Under the pieces are notes generated by a model. The model was not told where the DNA came from and did no database searches. It saw only the letters and a program-made list of their open reading frames with translations. This document shows positions 39,822 through 52,787 of a DNA stretch of 64,000 nt, piece after piece. Every line of letters starts with the position of its first letter. Position 1 is the first letter of the stretch. The stretch is from Octopus vulgaris (taxonomy: Eukaryota). The stretch is taken from NCBI GenBank assembly GCA_951406725.2, contig OX597815.1, positions 159,712,001 to 159,776,000 on the forward strand, written 5' to 3'. A program made the translations under genes and the position numbers.

Positions 39822-40375
39822 ATAAATGTCCTGATGCAAGCAGTGACTCTCATGGCTTCTGATCTTAGCTAACTGGAAGTGTTATGATGTACCTTGTTTT
39901 GTCTTGTTATAAAAGATGGGCTACAGCAAGTATTCTGCTCAATACCAAGATTTGCTTGTCAGTTGCTGACCTTAACCAGTTGAGCATGTCCTTTGGTGGT
40001 TGACAATATGTGCATCTCTAACCATGAGCAGAAGTAGTAGGGGAGCATCATAGCCATGTATTGAAAGGAATCCTTTGGGGTTTGGATAATTCACCTCTGG
40101 AAACATGGATATTTTGTTCATCATCCTTAAACAACCCTTATTTAGGGACCGTTTGTGCAAGATGGGCTATTTGACCTGAAGAAAATTCTGACTGGGATCC
40201 ACCTACAAGGTTATGCACTGTTTATCGTGATATGAGATCATTGTGTTGCACTCATATGGTTGTGATGCATGTGTCTGATGTACCCTTATCAGATGAGTGG
40301 TGATGATGGGTATATTGGGCATTGTATATTCATACCCCAGTGTCACTTTAATGGCATGCACTGCTCTCTCACTCA
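39822..40375 (+). mobile_element. Unclassified ~550-bp element bounded by (AAT)n on both sides
   Basis: Sharp boundaries at (aat)n runs and higher GC than the flanks. I recall it as an abundant octopus repeat, but there is only one copy in this window. Confidence 0.5.
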
Positions 40376-41872
40376 ATAATAATAATAATTGTAATAATGA
40401 TAATATAATTTATTGGATTTGTCCCAGTTTCTCTTCATTGAAAAATTGATGTTTGGGAAAAAGATTTTAAGTGAAGAATGGAGAATACTTGAAGCAGTAT
40501 CCATAAATATCTATTCTGCCAATTCAGATATTTGATTAAGCACAATCAGTTATTTTATTTTTCTCATATATAAAATCAAAAATTATTATTTTAAATTTGT
40601 TTGATTATGATTTGTGTATCTATCAAATTAGCCAAAGAGTTTTGTTTGATAAACTTCACAAGTTATAAGATATTTTTTCTGATACAGATCTATCTTTTTA
40701 GATACTTCATTAATTTATGAGATAAGCTATCATAATAATCATCACCACTATCATTGCTATCATTATCATCACCATCATCGTCATGATCATCACCATCATC
40801 GTCATGATCATCACTGTTATAGTGTTCCACTGTCTAAAAATATTTTCAATCATGGCTGTGTGGCTACAAAGCTTGCTTTGCAGCCATGTGATCTGGTAAT
40901 TAAGTTCCACTGCGTGGTACTTTTGGACAAATGTCTTTTATTAAGGCCTTAGGCTGACCAAGGCCTTATCAGTAAATTTGGTTGACAAAAATTCTGTAGA
41001 AGTCCTTCATGTATATGTGTATGTGTGATTTTGTGTGTGGCTATTAACCTCCGGGCTAATCAAAGCCTTGTGAGTGGTTTGGCTAGATGGAACCTTAAAG
41101 AAGCCTATTATATATGTGTGTGTTTGTTTGGTTGGTATTAGGAAGGGCATCCAGCCATTGAAACCTAACCAAATCTGACTGAAACTTGGTGCTGCTCTTC
41201 TGCTTGCCAGCTCTAGTCAAACCATCCAACCCATGCCAACATGGAAAACAAATATTTTTTGATGGAGATGATAATGATGATGATGGCCTATAACTATGTA
41301 TGTATCATTATATTTGTATTTGTCCCCTGCTACTGCTTGACAACCTGTGTTGGGTTGCTTATGTCCCCATAATTAGCAGTTTAGCAAAAGAGACTGATAG
41401 AATAAGTACCGAACTTAGAAACATGTACTGGAGTCAATTTATTTGACAAAACCTTTCAAAGTGGGGCCACAAAAGGGCTGCCATCCAATAACTGTAACAA
41501 GTAAAAGATAAAAATTTAATAAATAATCATTTTAGATATATTCTTAAGCCTTATGAAACACATTGCTATGTATTGTATATAATAATTCCTTAAATCATAT
41601 TCAGTTATTTATCAGCTGCAGTTGTTCAGTACATGGGGAGATCCTTACTATGTAGGATTAAATGGAATTGAATTATATGATGCGGAATTCTACAAGATAC
41701 CACTTGATGAAAGCCGTAAGTACCTTTTCCATTGGTGTTTTTTTTTTACACTTCTTATTTTTGATGTTATTTAATCCTAGTTCATCCTTGATATATAAGA
41801 TTAATACCATTCCAGTCATGACAACAGCATACTGTTGCATTTGTGAGTGTGTGTGTATACAACATGGAAGAG

Positions 41873-41971
41873 AACACTACCGAAAATATACCCTATAGTA
41901 TTAAATCTAAGAAATTCCCTCCAAAGATCAAAGGTCTGGAAGACTTTGAAGCAGACCTACTGAAGCTTAGG
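41873..41971 (+). pseudogene. Penelope-like element ORF fragment (pre-RT region)
   Basis: NTTENIPYSIKSKKFPPKIKGLEDFEADLLKL resembles the YGFKSxxxPPxxxxLxxFExDL motif of invertebrate PLEs (from recall); directly upstream of a hammerhead motif. Confidence 0.65.
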
Positions 41972-41991
41972 GCATTTTTCCCGATGTCCGT

Positions 41992-42050
41992 ATAACTGAA
42001 GAGATGGTGGCGTGGATTCCCACCTCAGCATCCGAAACTCGGAGTTTTAT
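41992..42050 (+). ncRNA. Minimal type I hammerhead ribozyme with canonical core
   Basis: ATAA-CTGAAGA-GATG..GTGG attc CCAC..CATC(C)-GAAA-CTC G GAG-TT-TTAT. Helix I ATAA/TTAT, helix III ACTC/GAGT, predicted cleavage after GUU at 42046. Confidence 0.78.
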
Positions 42051-42288
42051 CATGGCTATCAAATAATTGTCACATATTACATTTACAGATAAATTCCTCT
42101 ATTTACATAATATCGAGGTCTCTTTCATTCTTTTGTTATCTTACCATTTTTATCAATATATATATATGTATATATGTGTGTATATATGTATATGTATATA
42201 TATGTATATATGTATGTATATATATGTATGTGTATATATATATATGTATATATATATGTGTATATATATATGTGTATATATGTGTATA

Positions 42289-42327
<39 letters not shown>

Positions 42328-42355
42328 ATATATATGTATATATATATATATATGT

Positions 42356-42788
42356 ATCATCATCATCATCATCATCATTTAGCGTCCGCTTTCCATGCTA
42401 GCATGGGTTGGACAGTTCAACTGGGGTCTGTGAAGCTGGAAGGCTTCATCAGGCCCAGTCAGATCTGGCAGTGTTTCTACGGCTGGATGCCCTTCGTAAC
42501 GCCAACCACTCCGTGAGTGTAGTGGGTGCTTTTTACGTGCCACCCGCACAGGTGCCAGACAGAGCTGGCAAACGGCCACGAACGGATGTATATATGTATA
42601 TCATCATCATCATCATCATCATCGTTTAACGTCCGTTCTCCATGCTAGCATGGGTTGGACGGTTCGACCGAGGTTCTGGGAAGCCAGAAGGCTGCACCAG
42701 GCTCCAGTCTAATCTGGCAATGTTTCTACAGCTGGATGCCCTTCCTAACGCCAACCACTCCGTGAGTGTAGTGGGTGCTTTTTACGTG

Positions 42789-42790
<2 letters not shown>
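42356..42790 (-). mobile_element. Two tandem family C retroposons
   Basis: Each has (cat)n-gtttaacgtcc/tttagcgtcc...gggtgctttttacgtgc. Confidence 0.88.
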
Positions 42791-42840
<50 letters not shown>

Positions 42841-42895
42841 ATATGTATATATATATGTGTGTATGTATATTTATATATATATTTGACAAAAAAAA

Positions 42896-43045
42896 GCCAC
42901 TAAGTTTGCTAGCCACTTGTAGAGTTTGAAAGCCAGCTCCTCACCAAAGACAATCAAGTGAAGAATCATAGAGAAATCTGTGCTATATGTTGATGAATCG
43001 GAGAAATACAAAGTATGCATAGCTGAAAGATTACATATTCTAAGA
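42896..43045 (+). pseudogene. Penelope-like element GIY-YIG C-terminal fragment
   Basis: ATKFASHL*SLKASSSPKTIK*RIIEKSVLYVDESEKYKVCIAERLHIL matches the TxLSxxIWxLK..IKWxII..PY..CxLCxxEKxxIL pattern; both stops fall at Trp positions. Confidence 0.72.
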
Positions 43046-44166
43046 ATTGCCCGAAATACTGTTTTCCAGATCTGGAATTTTCAGCAAATGCAAACATATG
43101 GACAAATTTCTTTTGATGAACTGGAGGACACCACCTTCTCTAGATTGAACTGCTGTCTTGCAGATTTTGGACCCCTCTCCATTTGACTCCTCTCTGTTGA
43201 ATTATTCTTCAACAACTAGCTTAATTATAGCTTTATGATCAAAGTATATAGGCACAGGCATATATAGTATATATATATGCACGTGTATGTATTGCATGTG
43301 TGTATATTTAGTAGGTCCAAAACTTCGAAGTCTCTTTCAGGAACATTCTTGTAAAGGAATAATAAATTTGTACTCTAATATATTTTATATTATGTTATGG
43401 TTGCATAACAGATTAATGTAAAACTATTTTCATTATAACTGAACATAAGAAACAAACATTAATATCATATCTATCTATCTATCTATCTATTTAATACACA
43501 CACACACATGCACACACACACACACACACACACCACTTCTGTTTAAAATCCTGAAGAGATTCGTGCTCTCACTGACAAGACCATCATGAAACTACCTATT
43601 CAAATTGACAAGAATGATTCAAATTTGATGCTTTGAAAATTGAATTTCTTTTAACTTGGTCTTAGGCTGTTGTTGTTAGGTGTTAGGTGATTGCATCAAT
43701 GTCAGTGTATTCAGTTTATTTCCTGGAAATTACATTACCTTCAAATGAGAGAACCTTTAGGTGGTCACTTGACCTGCTAAAAACTACAGCTAAATTTCTT
43801 TGAGAATAAATTCTTGACTCTTGAAATTATCCCTTCTGATAATCTGATCTTTTGCTCTTTTCTGTAATATTAGTACATGTGTGCGTAACACATAGTTATT
43901 ACATGTGTTTGTATTCTAATACTTTGCAATAAATTGACATACTAGAATGTCTACCAGCTGATGTATGTCATTTTTGTATCCTCTCCATTTTCTTATTTGC
44001 CGTATGAATTAAGGGTAAACCACTTTTGACCCCCACCCATATATAACACTTAACCGTGAGATTGCCGAGCAATAACCAGTACTTGGGTATGAATAAATGG
44101 GCACACTCCGAGCAGTATATTGGATAGGTACTATCCCTTAGTTGGTTGATTTCCTATCTCACACAG

Positions 44167-44213
<47 letters not shown>

Positions 44214-44214
<1 letters not shown>

Positions 44215-44365
44215 CATCGTTTAACGTCTGTTTTCCATGCTAGCACGGGTTGGACGGTTCGACCGGGGTCTGGGAAGCCAGGAGGCTGCACCAGGCTCCT
44301 GTCTGATCTGGCAGTGTTTCTACAGCTGGATGCCCTTCCTAACACCAACCACTCTGTGAATGCAG
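44214..44365 (-). mobile_element. Family C retroposon, partial
   Basis: catcgtttaacgtctgttttccatgctagc...cccttcctaacaccaaccactc. Confidence 0.85.
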
Positions 44366-44368
44366 TTA

Positions 44369-44401
<33 letters not shown>

Positions 44402-44789
44402 ATCTTCCAACCCATGCCAACATAAACAACAGCTGCTAAATGATGAGGATATATATTCTTATGCATATTTCCTTTGTGTGTGTGTGTATACATCCACATT
44501 GACACGCATGTACTTACAGAAACTGATAAAGAAAACATGTGGAAGAGGAATTTTGAGTTAGAAGAGATATCACTTTAAGAAGTAATAAAAATTTTATATA
44601 TTTGAAATCTGAAAGCTTGATTAAAAAAAAAAAAAACGAAAAAAAAGAAGTCGAAAGGGATTTTAACTTGATGTGATACAGTATAGCAAGCAGTGATGTT
44701 TTTGTTAAATGATAGAAATATTCCACATATATCATGGGAAATGGAAAAGTTAATGATTGGTAGCAAGTAAATTGATTTTCCGAAATTGA

Positions 44790-45460
44790 TTTCAAAAGGA
44801 GATTAGTGTCAATTTAATCCATCCAGATAACTTTCCAAGGTGGGAGTGATCGAATAGAAAATTCTCCATTCAAGGAAATAACATAGGCCATGGCAACATC
44901 AAATCAGAGAGTGAAAGAATCAGCCTGTTATAAATCTTGGATTTTGGTGTATAACTGTATTGATACCATTTGACAAATTGATGCAGCTAGTAATTGCAAT
45001 ACTGAACTGTTTGTCTCCTGTGTCTGTATTAGAACAGTGTGTGTGAGGAACATGATATAAAATGTAACTGATTACAAAGTGTTTCTGATTCAAATTATGT
45101 GTTTTCACCTCCTCATGGATTGTTATCCAGTTCTTGCGATAGATGTCAGTTAGTTATCCATCTTGAGTTATGGACTGCATCATTCGCTGATGAGTTGTAC
45201 AAAGAAAATTTAATCTCTCTTTCACCCTGAATCAGAATTAAAGTTCAAAGAGAAACCATTGACAGAATGTTGGAATTACTAGGACCCCCCAATCAGGTTT
45301 TCATGGAAATAGATTCTAGAAGAAACTTTGAGTTAAGGGTTTACAAAAATACATGAATCTATCTACTGATATCTCTGGAAAGAATAGTTCAATTTGGCAT
45401 GGAACTATGTTTAAAGATCCATGGCAGAAGCTATGTAAAGAACCATGGTGGAAAATAAAG
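44790..45460 (-). pseudogene. Highly decayed Penelope-like element C-terminal half
   Basis: SYILYHVPHTHCSNTDTGD resembles the GIY-YIG VVYxIPCxxCxxxYIGE motif; upstream VNGFS resembles NGYP; downstream LFLEW. Confidence 0.45.
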
Positions 45461-45784
45461 CAATTCTACTCCAACATCATCCTATTTTGTATATGTGTCA
45501 TGTGAACTGATGACATCATGCAGAGCTAAAGAGTTTTTTCATCATATTTTGAAGCTATCTGTATGAGACTTAAATCCAATATCTAACTCAGATGTGGAAA
45601 TAATGAGATAAACACAGTGTTGCAGAATTGCAGGTTTGGTCTAAAGAATGAAGGAAGTTTGCAAAAAGAATATAGACTGGAAGTCTTAAAGTCTATATAC
45701 AATAAGGCCCAAATTTTTGATATTTTGCACCAACTATGAAGCATGTTAGTAGATAAAGCAATCCTTGAAATAAAACAACAGTTG

Positions 45785-46336
45785 CAGGCATGGTTGTGTA
45801 GTAAGAAGTTTGCTTCCCAACCACATGATTTTAGATTCAGTCCCTCAGCACTGTACCTTGGGCAAGTGTTTTCTACTATAGCCCTGGGCCAGCCAAAGCC
45901 TTGTGAGTGGATTTCATAGACAAAAACTGAAATATTCCCAGTGTATGTGTGTGTAACTTGGTGTTTGTATCTATCCCCTACCACTGGACAACTAGAGTTG
46001 CTTTGTTTACAACCCCCTAACTTAGTCATTTGGCAAAAAATACTGATAGAATAAGTACCAGGCTTTACAAAATAAATACTTGTGTCAATTTATTTGACTA
46101 ATGCTTCAGGGTGATGCTCCAGCTTGGCTGCAGTGTAATGACTGAAACAAGTGAAAAGTGGAAGATAAAAGATAAACTCCTAAGAAATCGCACAGGCACA
46201 GCCGTGTGGTTTATAAGTTTGCTTCCCAGCTACATGGCTCTGAGTTCAGTCCCACGGCATAGTACCTTTGGCAAGTGTCTACTATTATATATAATCTCTA
46301 GCTGACCAAAGCTTTGTGAGGAAACTGAAAAAAAGC

Positions 46337-46385
<49 letters not shown>

Positions 46386-46592
46386 GTGTGTGTGTGTGTT
46401 TGCCCTCCATCACCTCTTGACAACTTGTGTCGAGGTACTTATATCCCTCTAACTTAGCAGTTTGGCAAAACAAGTCTGATAGAATAAGTACTAGGCTTAA
46501 AAAGAAAGAAAAAAAAAGCATAAGTACTTTTCAAGGTGGTGCCCCAGCATGACCACACTCTAATGGCTGAAACAAGTGAAAGATAAAAGATA
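45785..46592 (+). mobile_element. Two tandem full-length family A SINEs (45785-46175, 46190-46592)
   Basis: tRNA-like heads, ccttgggcaagtgt core, and gaaacaagtgaaa..gataaaaga tails. Confidence 0.85.
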
Positions 46593-46869
46593 TCATTGAT
46601 GCTCTAAGGCAATATCAACATTTTTATGCTCTGAGGAGTCACTCTTAATAATGTTAACAAAGGAGCGCATCATAAATAAATTCACTGAACAATTACCCAG
46701 ATGCCTAAATGCAGCTAAACACACATTCACATATCATAATCCAGACCATACATAACTTGATATATACATTGTGTCAACAACTATTAATACACATGAACTT
46801 GAGGAACTATATTTGAATAACTTGTATTTGACATGATCTTGAATCTAGATCCATATATGTGTGTGTGTA

Positions 46870-46926
<57 letters not shown>

Positions 46927-47726
46927 GTATGTGTGCATATATGTATATATACATATATATGTGTATGCATGTATGTGTTTGTATATATGTGTGTATATAC
47001 ATATATGTGTGTATGCGTATATATGTGTGTGTGCATGCGTATATATGTGCATATATATATATATATGCCTACATATTCATCTGTGTGCATTTGCATTTTA
47101 CATAGTTGTATGTATATATTAGTGTGAATGTGTGTATTCGTGTTTGCAGGCATATGTTTATATGTGTATATGCATACATATTTGTATATGTGCGTATGTG
47201 CATATGTATGCATATCCGTGTATATATTTACTTATGTGTATACATGAGTGTATTAACATGTGTATGTGTGTATGTCAGACTTTGCACAGACGTCTGTATG
47301 TTGCTTTACGTATGAATATATACACATATTTATCTTTGCTGTGGGCGTATATTTATGTATATATACACGTGTGTACCTGCATATATGAGTTCCTATACAT
47401 ATATATATATGTATTCCTCCATCCGTGTGCGTACGAATGTGCATCTAGTTGTATGTATATGTGCGTCTAAGCACAAGCACAAAAAAATGTTTGCCTTAGT
47501 ATTATGTTCCTTTCAACTTCTACATCCTTTTCTTTCTCATAACAGTTACAACTGCGGAGGCTCGTTACGCCATTTTCTCAAAACTAGAATGTATAATTTT
47601 CACGTTCATATTAGAAATTTTTGCATTTCATTTTTCTCTGTTTTTTTTACTCATTCTCGAAGTTGATGGACATACAGCTGTACATAAAACCAAATCAGAA
47701 AATCTTTAGTAAGACATTTTACATTG

Positions 47727-47770
47727 ATGTACCCGAAGAGACCCATAACGGGTCAAAAGATGTGTCATAC
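47727..47770 (+). ncRNA. Degenerate minimal hammerhead-like motif (U4C, G12A)
   Basis: gtac-CCGAAGA-GACCC ataac GGGTC-AAAA-GATGT-GTC-atac, followed by AATAAA; perfect 5-bp helix II. Confidence 0.55.
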
Positions 47771-47930
47771 CCAATAAAATATTTTACTCACTCCATATTT
47801 TTATTAATACTGTTACCCCAACCGCCACTATGAAGTTCCTGCAATAAATCTACAGATAACAACAGGTAATCGAAACTGCCAGTGCTTTACTCATCATCCA
47901 TTTATACATTTTGTATAATATATATATATA

Positions 47931-47971
<41 letters not shown>

Positions 47972-47975
<4 letters not shown>

Positions 47976-48157
47976 TCATCATCATCGTTTAACGTCCGTT
48001 TTCCATGCTAGCATGGGTTGGACGGTTCAACTGGGGTCTGTGAAGCCAGAAGGCTTCATCAGGCCCAGTCAGATCTGGCAGTGTTTCTACGGCTGGATGC
48101 CCTTCCTAACGCCAACCACTCCGTGAGTGTAGTGGGTGCTTTTTACGTGCCATCTGC
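47972..48157 (-). mobile_element. Family C retroposon
   Basis: Nearly identical to 42356-42545. Confidence 0.88.
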
Positions 48158-48271
48158 ATATATATATACATACATATATATATACATACATACATACACA
48201 CACAAATTTGCACACTGATATACATATATACACACACACACATACCGATATATATATGTATGTATGTACAT

Positions 48272-48745
48272 ACAATGTGTCTGAGACATCTCTGATGAAA
48301 GCATTCAAGAACCCTTACATGATGTTTGTAAAGGGCCCCATGTCTCACATGAGTAAAAGAGCAATGTTAGTACACATGCATGGTACACAGTCATTTTGGT
48401 TTGTTTTGTGATGCCATGCTTGGACCTGGCAGAAGACTGAAGAGACTGGAAGGAATCAGTCACTCTCTGCAGCCTGAAAGATATTCCATCATCTAGGAAC
48501 TAGAACAGCTGAGTGTGCTGCTCAGGTAGGCACACTTGTCTACCACATTCAGAATTGTTTCTTCAACCAAGATAGCTGGTTCCACTTAAGGATTTCCTGG
48601 TGCAGGCTAGAACATAACAAAAGTCTTGTCCAGGGTAATGCTGAGTTCAAATGTGGAGCTGCAGATGCAAAATATAAGTTAGTCCAAGAGCACACAATGT
48701 TCCTGAAGGCCAGCAATGGTCTTCCTCGGTCACAAGTGGATGGCC
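48272..48745 (-). pseudogene. RTE (BovB-like) LINE RT/thumb fragment
   Basis: [80 protein letters not shown]. Confidence 0.85.
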
Positions 48746-48757
48746 ATCATCATCATC

Positions 48758-49480
<723 letters not shown>

Positions 49481-50073
49481 GTGTTCATTTATTCTTTCAC
49501 TGGTTTCAAGGATTTAGCCAATTATATTGATCACAGTTTGTCTGGTAATCAATTTATCGATTTAATGGTAACATCCACTTAGTGCAGAAGAACTTAATTT
49601 GGTTCACTAAATACCACAGGGTACTTTTTGTTCGATGCAACCATTTATCATCATTGTGTACAAACACACATACACACATGCAACCATACATTTATATACG
49701 CAAACATAATGAGGCTTTGTACTGTTTTAACTAAAGTTTGTCCCCAAGGTTTTGGTGATGCCATAGCGTCAAGCTAGCAACTCAAGCTGCTGTCTAGAAA
49801 GATCGGGTCCAGAACCATATGGTCAGAAACTGATTTTAACCTTATGAGTAATGTCTGCACCTACATAGTCCTGTGTCATGTCAGAAAGAGGAAGGTTTGT
49901 GTGCGTGTATGCACATGTTCTTGTGCATGCATGTATAAACTGTGAACTCCACCTGAATAAATCATCGGATTTGAATGAATTGATATATTCTACATGTGTT
50001 TGGTACTTTTTTAATCATTTGATTACCCAAAGATATATCTATCTATCTATCTATATATCTATCTATCTATCTA

Positions 50074-50119
<46 letters not shown>

Positions 50120-50120
50120 C

Positions 50121-50317
50121 ATATGCTTTATTTAAAGCAGCAGAAAATTCAACAAAACCTGTTACTCTGAGTTTCGCGTTGCCGTTCTGTCCGATGAACG
50201 GCAACGCGAAATTCAGAGTAACAGGTTTTGTTGAATTTTCTGCTGCTTTAAATAAAGCATATTACTCTACCACTGGTATTTGAGTACTCTTTTTGCCACC
50301 TTGTTTCACATTTATGT
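50121..50317 (+). mobile_element. Penelope-like element terminus with 5' inverted duplication, inside (TA)n
   Basis: 50121-50187 is the reverse complement of 50196-50262 (1 mismatch); hammerhead motif present and AATAAA at 50251. Confidence 0.75.
50187..50224 (+). ncRNA. Minimal type I hammerhead-like motif (U4C core)
   Basis: CTGT-CCGATGA-ACG GCAA CGC-GAAA-TTCAGA-GTA-ACAG. Helix I CTGT/ACAG, GNRA-capped helix II, GUA triplet. The inverted copy preserves GAAAC. Confidence 0.68.
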
Positions 50318-50361
50318 GTATATATATATATATATATATATACTCCGGTATATATATATAC

Positions 50362-50401
<40 letters not shown>

Positions 50402-50408
<7 letters not shown>

Positions 50409-51766
50409 ACTGCAAAAGAAACATCACACACATGCTAAATAGAAGCCTGTTTATTAACAGATTGCTATAGCATTGATTGAAGAGTGCTAATTAAGAAACT
50501 GTTCTTTCCTAATGATAAAACGTCATTTCCTGAAACATGCTTGATGTCACACAGTGTCACATGATGAAGCAGTGTTCTAAGAGATGAACCCAATATCTCA
50601 TGTGATCATTGTTAGTGTTGATCACTGCTGGCATCTTCTGTACATTGAATGCACCAAACGAATGATGAAGGCCACAGGGATAGCAACCCACACTCTGTTA
50701 AAACATGCAGTGAGTTGTGCCATGACAGATGTCATTTAGCCTTCTTTGGATTTTGTCCCACAGGTGCTCTATGGGGTTCAAGTCCAGACTTAAGGTAGGC
50801 CATGGCAGTGTCTGGATGTTGTGCTGTTGGAAGAAGTCTGTTTTCAACCTGGCAGTATGGGCACAGGTATTGCCATGTTGGAACATGTGATTCCAATGAC
50901 GGGCAAAGTATGACATAATGTGAGGCCTCAACACTTGGATGATGTAGCAGGCAGCATTTACTCCATTGCCCCAGCCTTGGCCAATATTTTAGGAGACCAC
51001 CAGTCCAAATTTCTGGTTGAGTGCAATCATGCCCCATATTTTGATGCTCTGTCCTCCCTATGAGTTTCTTCCTACCACGCAGCCATCAGTATGATGTTCA
51101 CACCTTCTTCTCCAAACCCTATCTCTGCCATCTGCTGCAGAAATGCAATATCGACTTTCTTTAAAGATGACTACAGTCTTCCACTGCTGATATTACCAGT
51201 TCTGACGTTTTTGAGCCTACTGCAGACGTGCCCATTGATGACAAGTGCTGGCAATGCAGGTGGTGATCTTGACATGCCATTGCAACCCTTGGTTGGCTAC
51301 TGTGTGAGCGATCATCCATGCTATTTATCGCATTGTATCATTCCCTCAGCCACTCAATTGTCTGAATACTGCAGTTCAAACCATTAGCAATGACCTGTGA
51401 ACATTGACCAGCAGGGAGACATCCGATGGCTTGCTCCCCTTTGTTTCGTGTCAGTCTTGATATGCTTGCTGCATTCAAGAATCGAATGACAGGCTGGTAA
51501 ATTCAGTTGCCTTTTATACCCAATGAGTCAATGTTTAGCACATGCATCATGCTTTTTCGTAAAGATGCATTCACAAGCATTACCATGTTCATGAAAAGTG
51601 AGCAAGTTCAAACCCTATATACAATCCTTGTGTTTTTAAAAGAGAGTAGTGTTGTGGGTCAGTGACATCTTCCTGATATCAACTTACCTAGAAATGTAAA
51701 AAAATTCATATGATCTCAATATTATGTGTGAAACAAATGATCTTTTACACTGCAACATTTCTTTTG
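50402..51766 (-). mobile_element. Second Tc1-like transposon, decayed
   Basis: FQHGNTCAHTAR..LPWPTLSLDLNPIEHLWDKIQRRL; imperfect TIRs caaaagaaacatcac / gcaacatttcttttg in a TA context. Confidence 0.85.
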
Positions 51767-51789
51767 TATATATATAAATTAGAGAAAAA

Positions 51790-52680
51790 CCACTATTGAG
51801 CAATTCAAACAATATCTCAAAAATCATGCTAACCTCATTAGCATTTATTTTGAAGATATGAGGACCTCTTTAATGTAAGGGATGCTAATTCCTAGTTTTG
51901 ACTTTGAAAATTTTCAATCAGGTGCTAATTGTTTCATGTAGAATTCAACCTAATACAAGGGAGGTCACTCTAAAATCATTCTGCTTCTATAAAATTCTGT
52001 TGTAGTTTAAACAATTTTTGAGTGCACTTGTCTAGAGATAATTGAAACTTGAAATTTCTTTTTACTGAAGCATTTCAAAAATCAAGAAGTTTGGCACTGA
52101 CACAAGAGATGTTTGCTAAAAACAAAGTGTCAACAAATCTGTTTCCTAGTTCAAACAATTTCTATTTTGAAACAAAATTATTCTTATTTTCTTGCTTAAA
52201 CAAGCAAAAGTGTTATTGTTTTAATTTAAAGTTACCATTCCTCTTAATTCACACTTTAACCACAGTCAGCCTATTAAATTTAAATTTGTAAGGACTCACA
52301 TAACTACCACATTTTTTATCAGGGCTAACAAATATTTATGCTTATAGTATCTAGTTTTAAATACCATTTCAGTTGCACCACTTTCTATTTTTGCTTATTG
52401 CTATTAGCTTTATATGCAATTGCATTGCCCAACAACTGTCATTTAGTGGGCAATTTTTATGGATTGTATGACTTGTTTGTAAGGTGAAGCTATGCTGCTT
52501 TGTAACCTTTGATATAACAAGTGAAATTCTTACAAACTGGATTACTAACCTTAATACAGTTCTTATCAAATAACTTAATATAAAATCACGTTCTAGCAAA
52601 ATATAGCGATGTATTAAATCAAGGATATCCCTAGGAATATTAGTTTTTATTGCCAAATTAAATACCAGCCATGTCTTAAA
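51790..52680 (-). pseudogene. Possible very decayed Penelope-like element
   Basis: TWLVFNLAIKTNIPRD resembles RT motif LVxFDxxSLYTNIPxD; FYMKQLAPD near 51930 resembles a GIY-YIG end; many stops. Confidence 0.3.
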
Positions 52681-52787
52681 ATATTCCTCATATTCCTATG
52701 CAAAATTTAGTATTTTTTCATGAATCATATTTTTAGAATTTCCCATTTCCGAGTGCTTTATTTTAATACCAAGACATACTTATAAAT

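Noticed and set aside
42896-43045. In-frame TGA read as selenocysteine, as reported for some Naiad PLEs
   Set aside because: The TGA and a TAG both fall at expected Trp positions, so simple decay explains them; no SECIS was seen
44050-44097. ccgtga-gATTGC cga GCAAT-aaccagta followed by AATAAA
   Set aside because: It needs two deletions to restore a hammerhead core and helix I is missing; possible relic but unsupported
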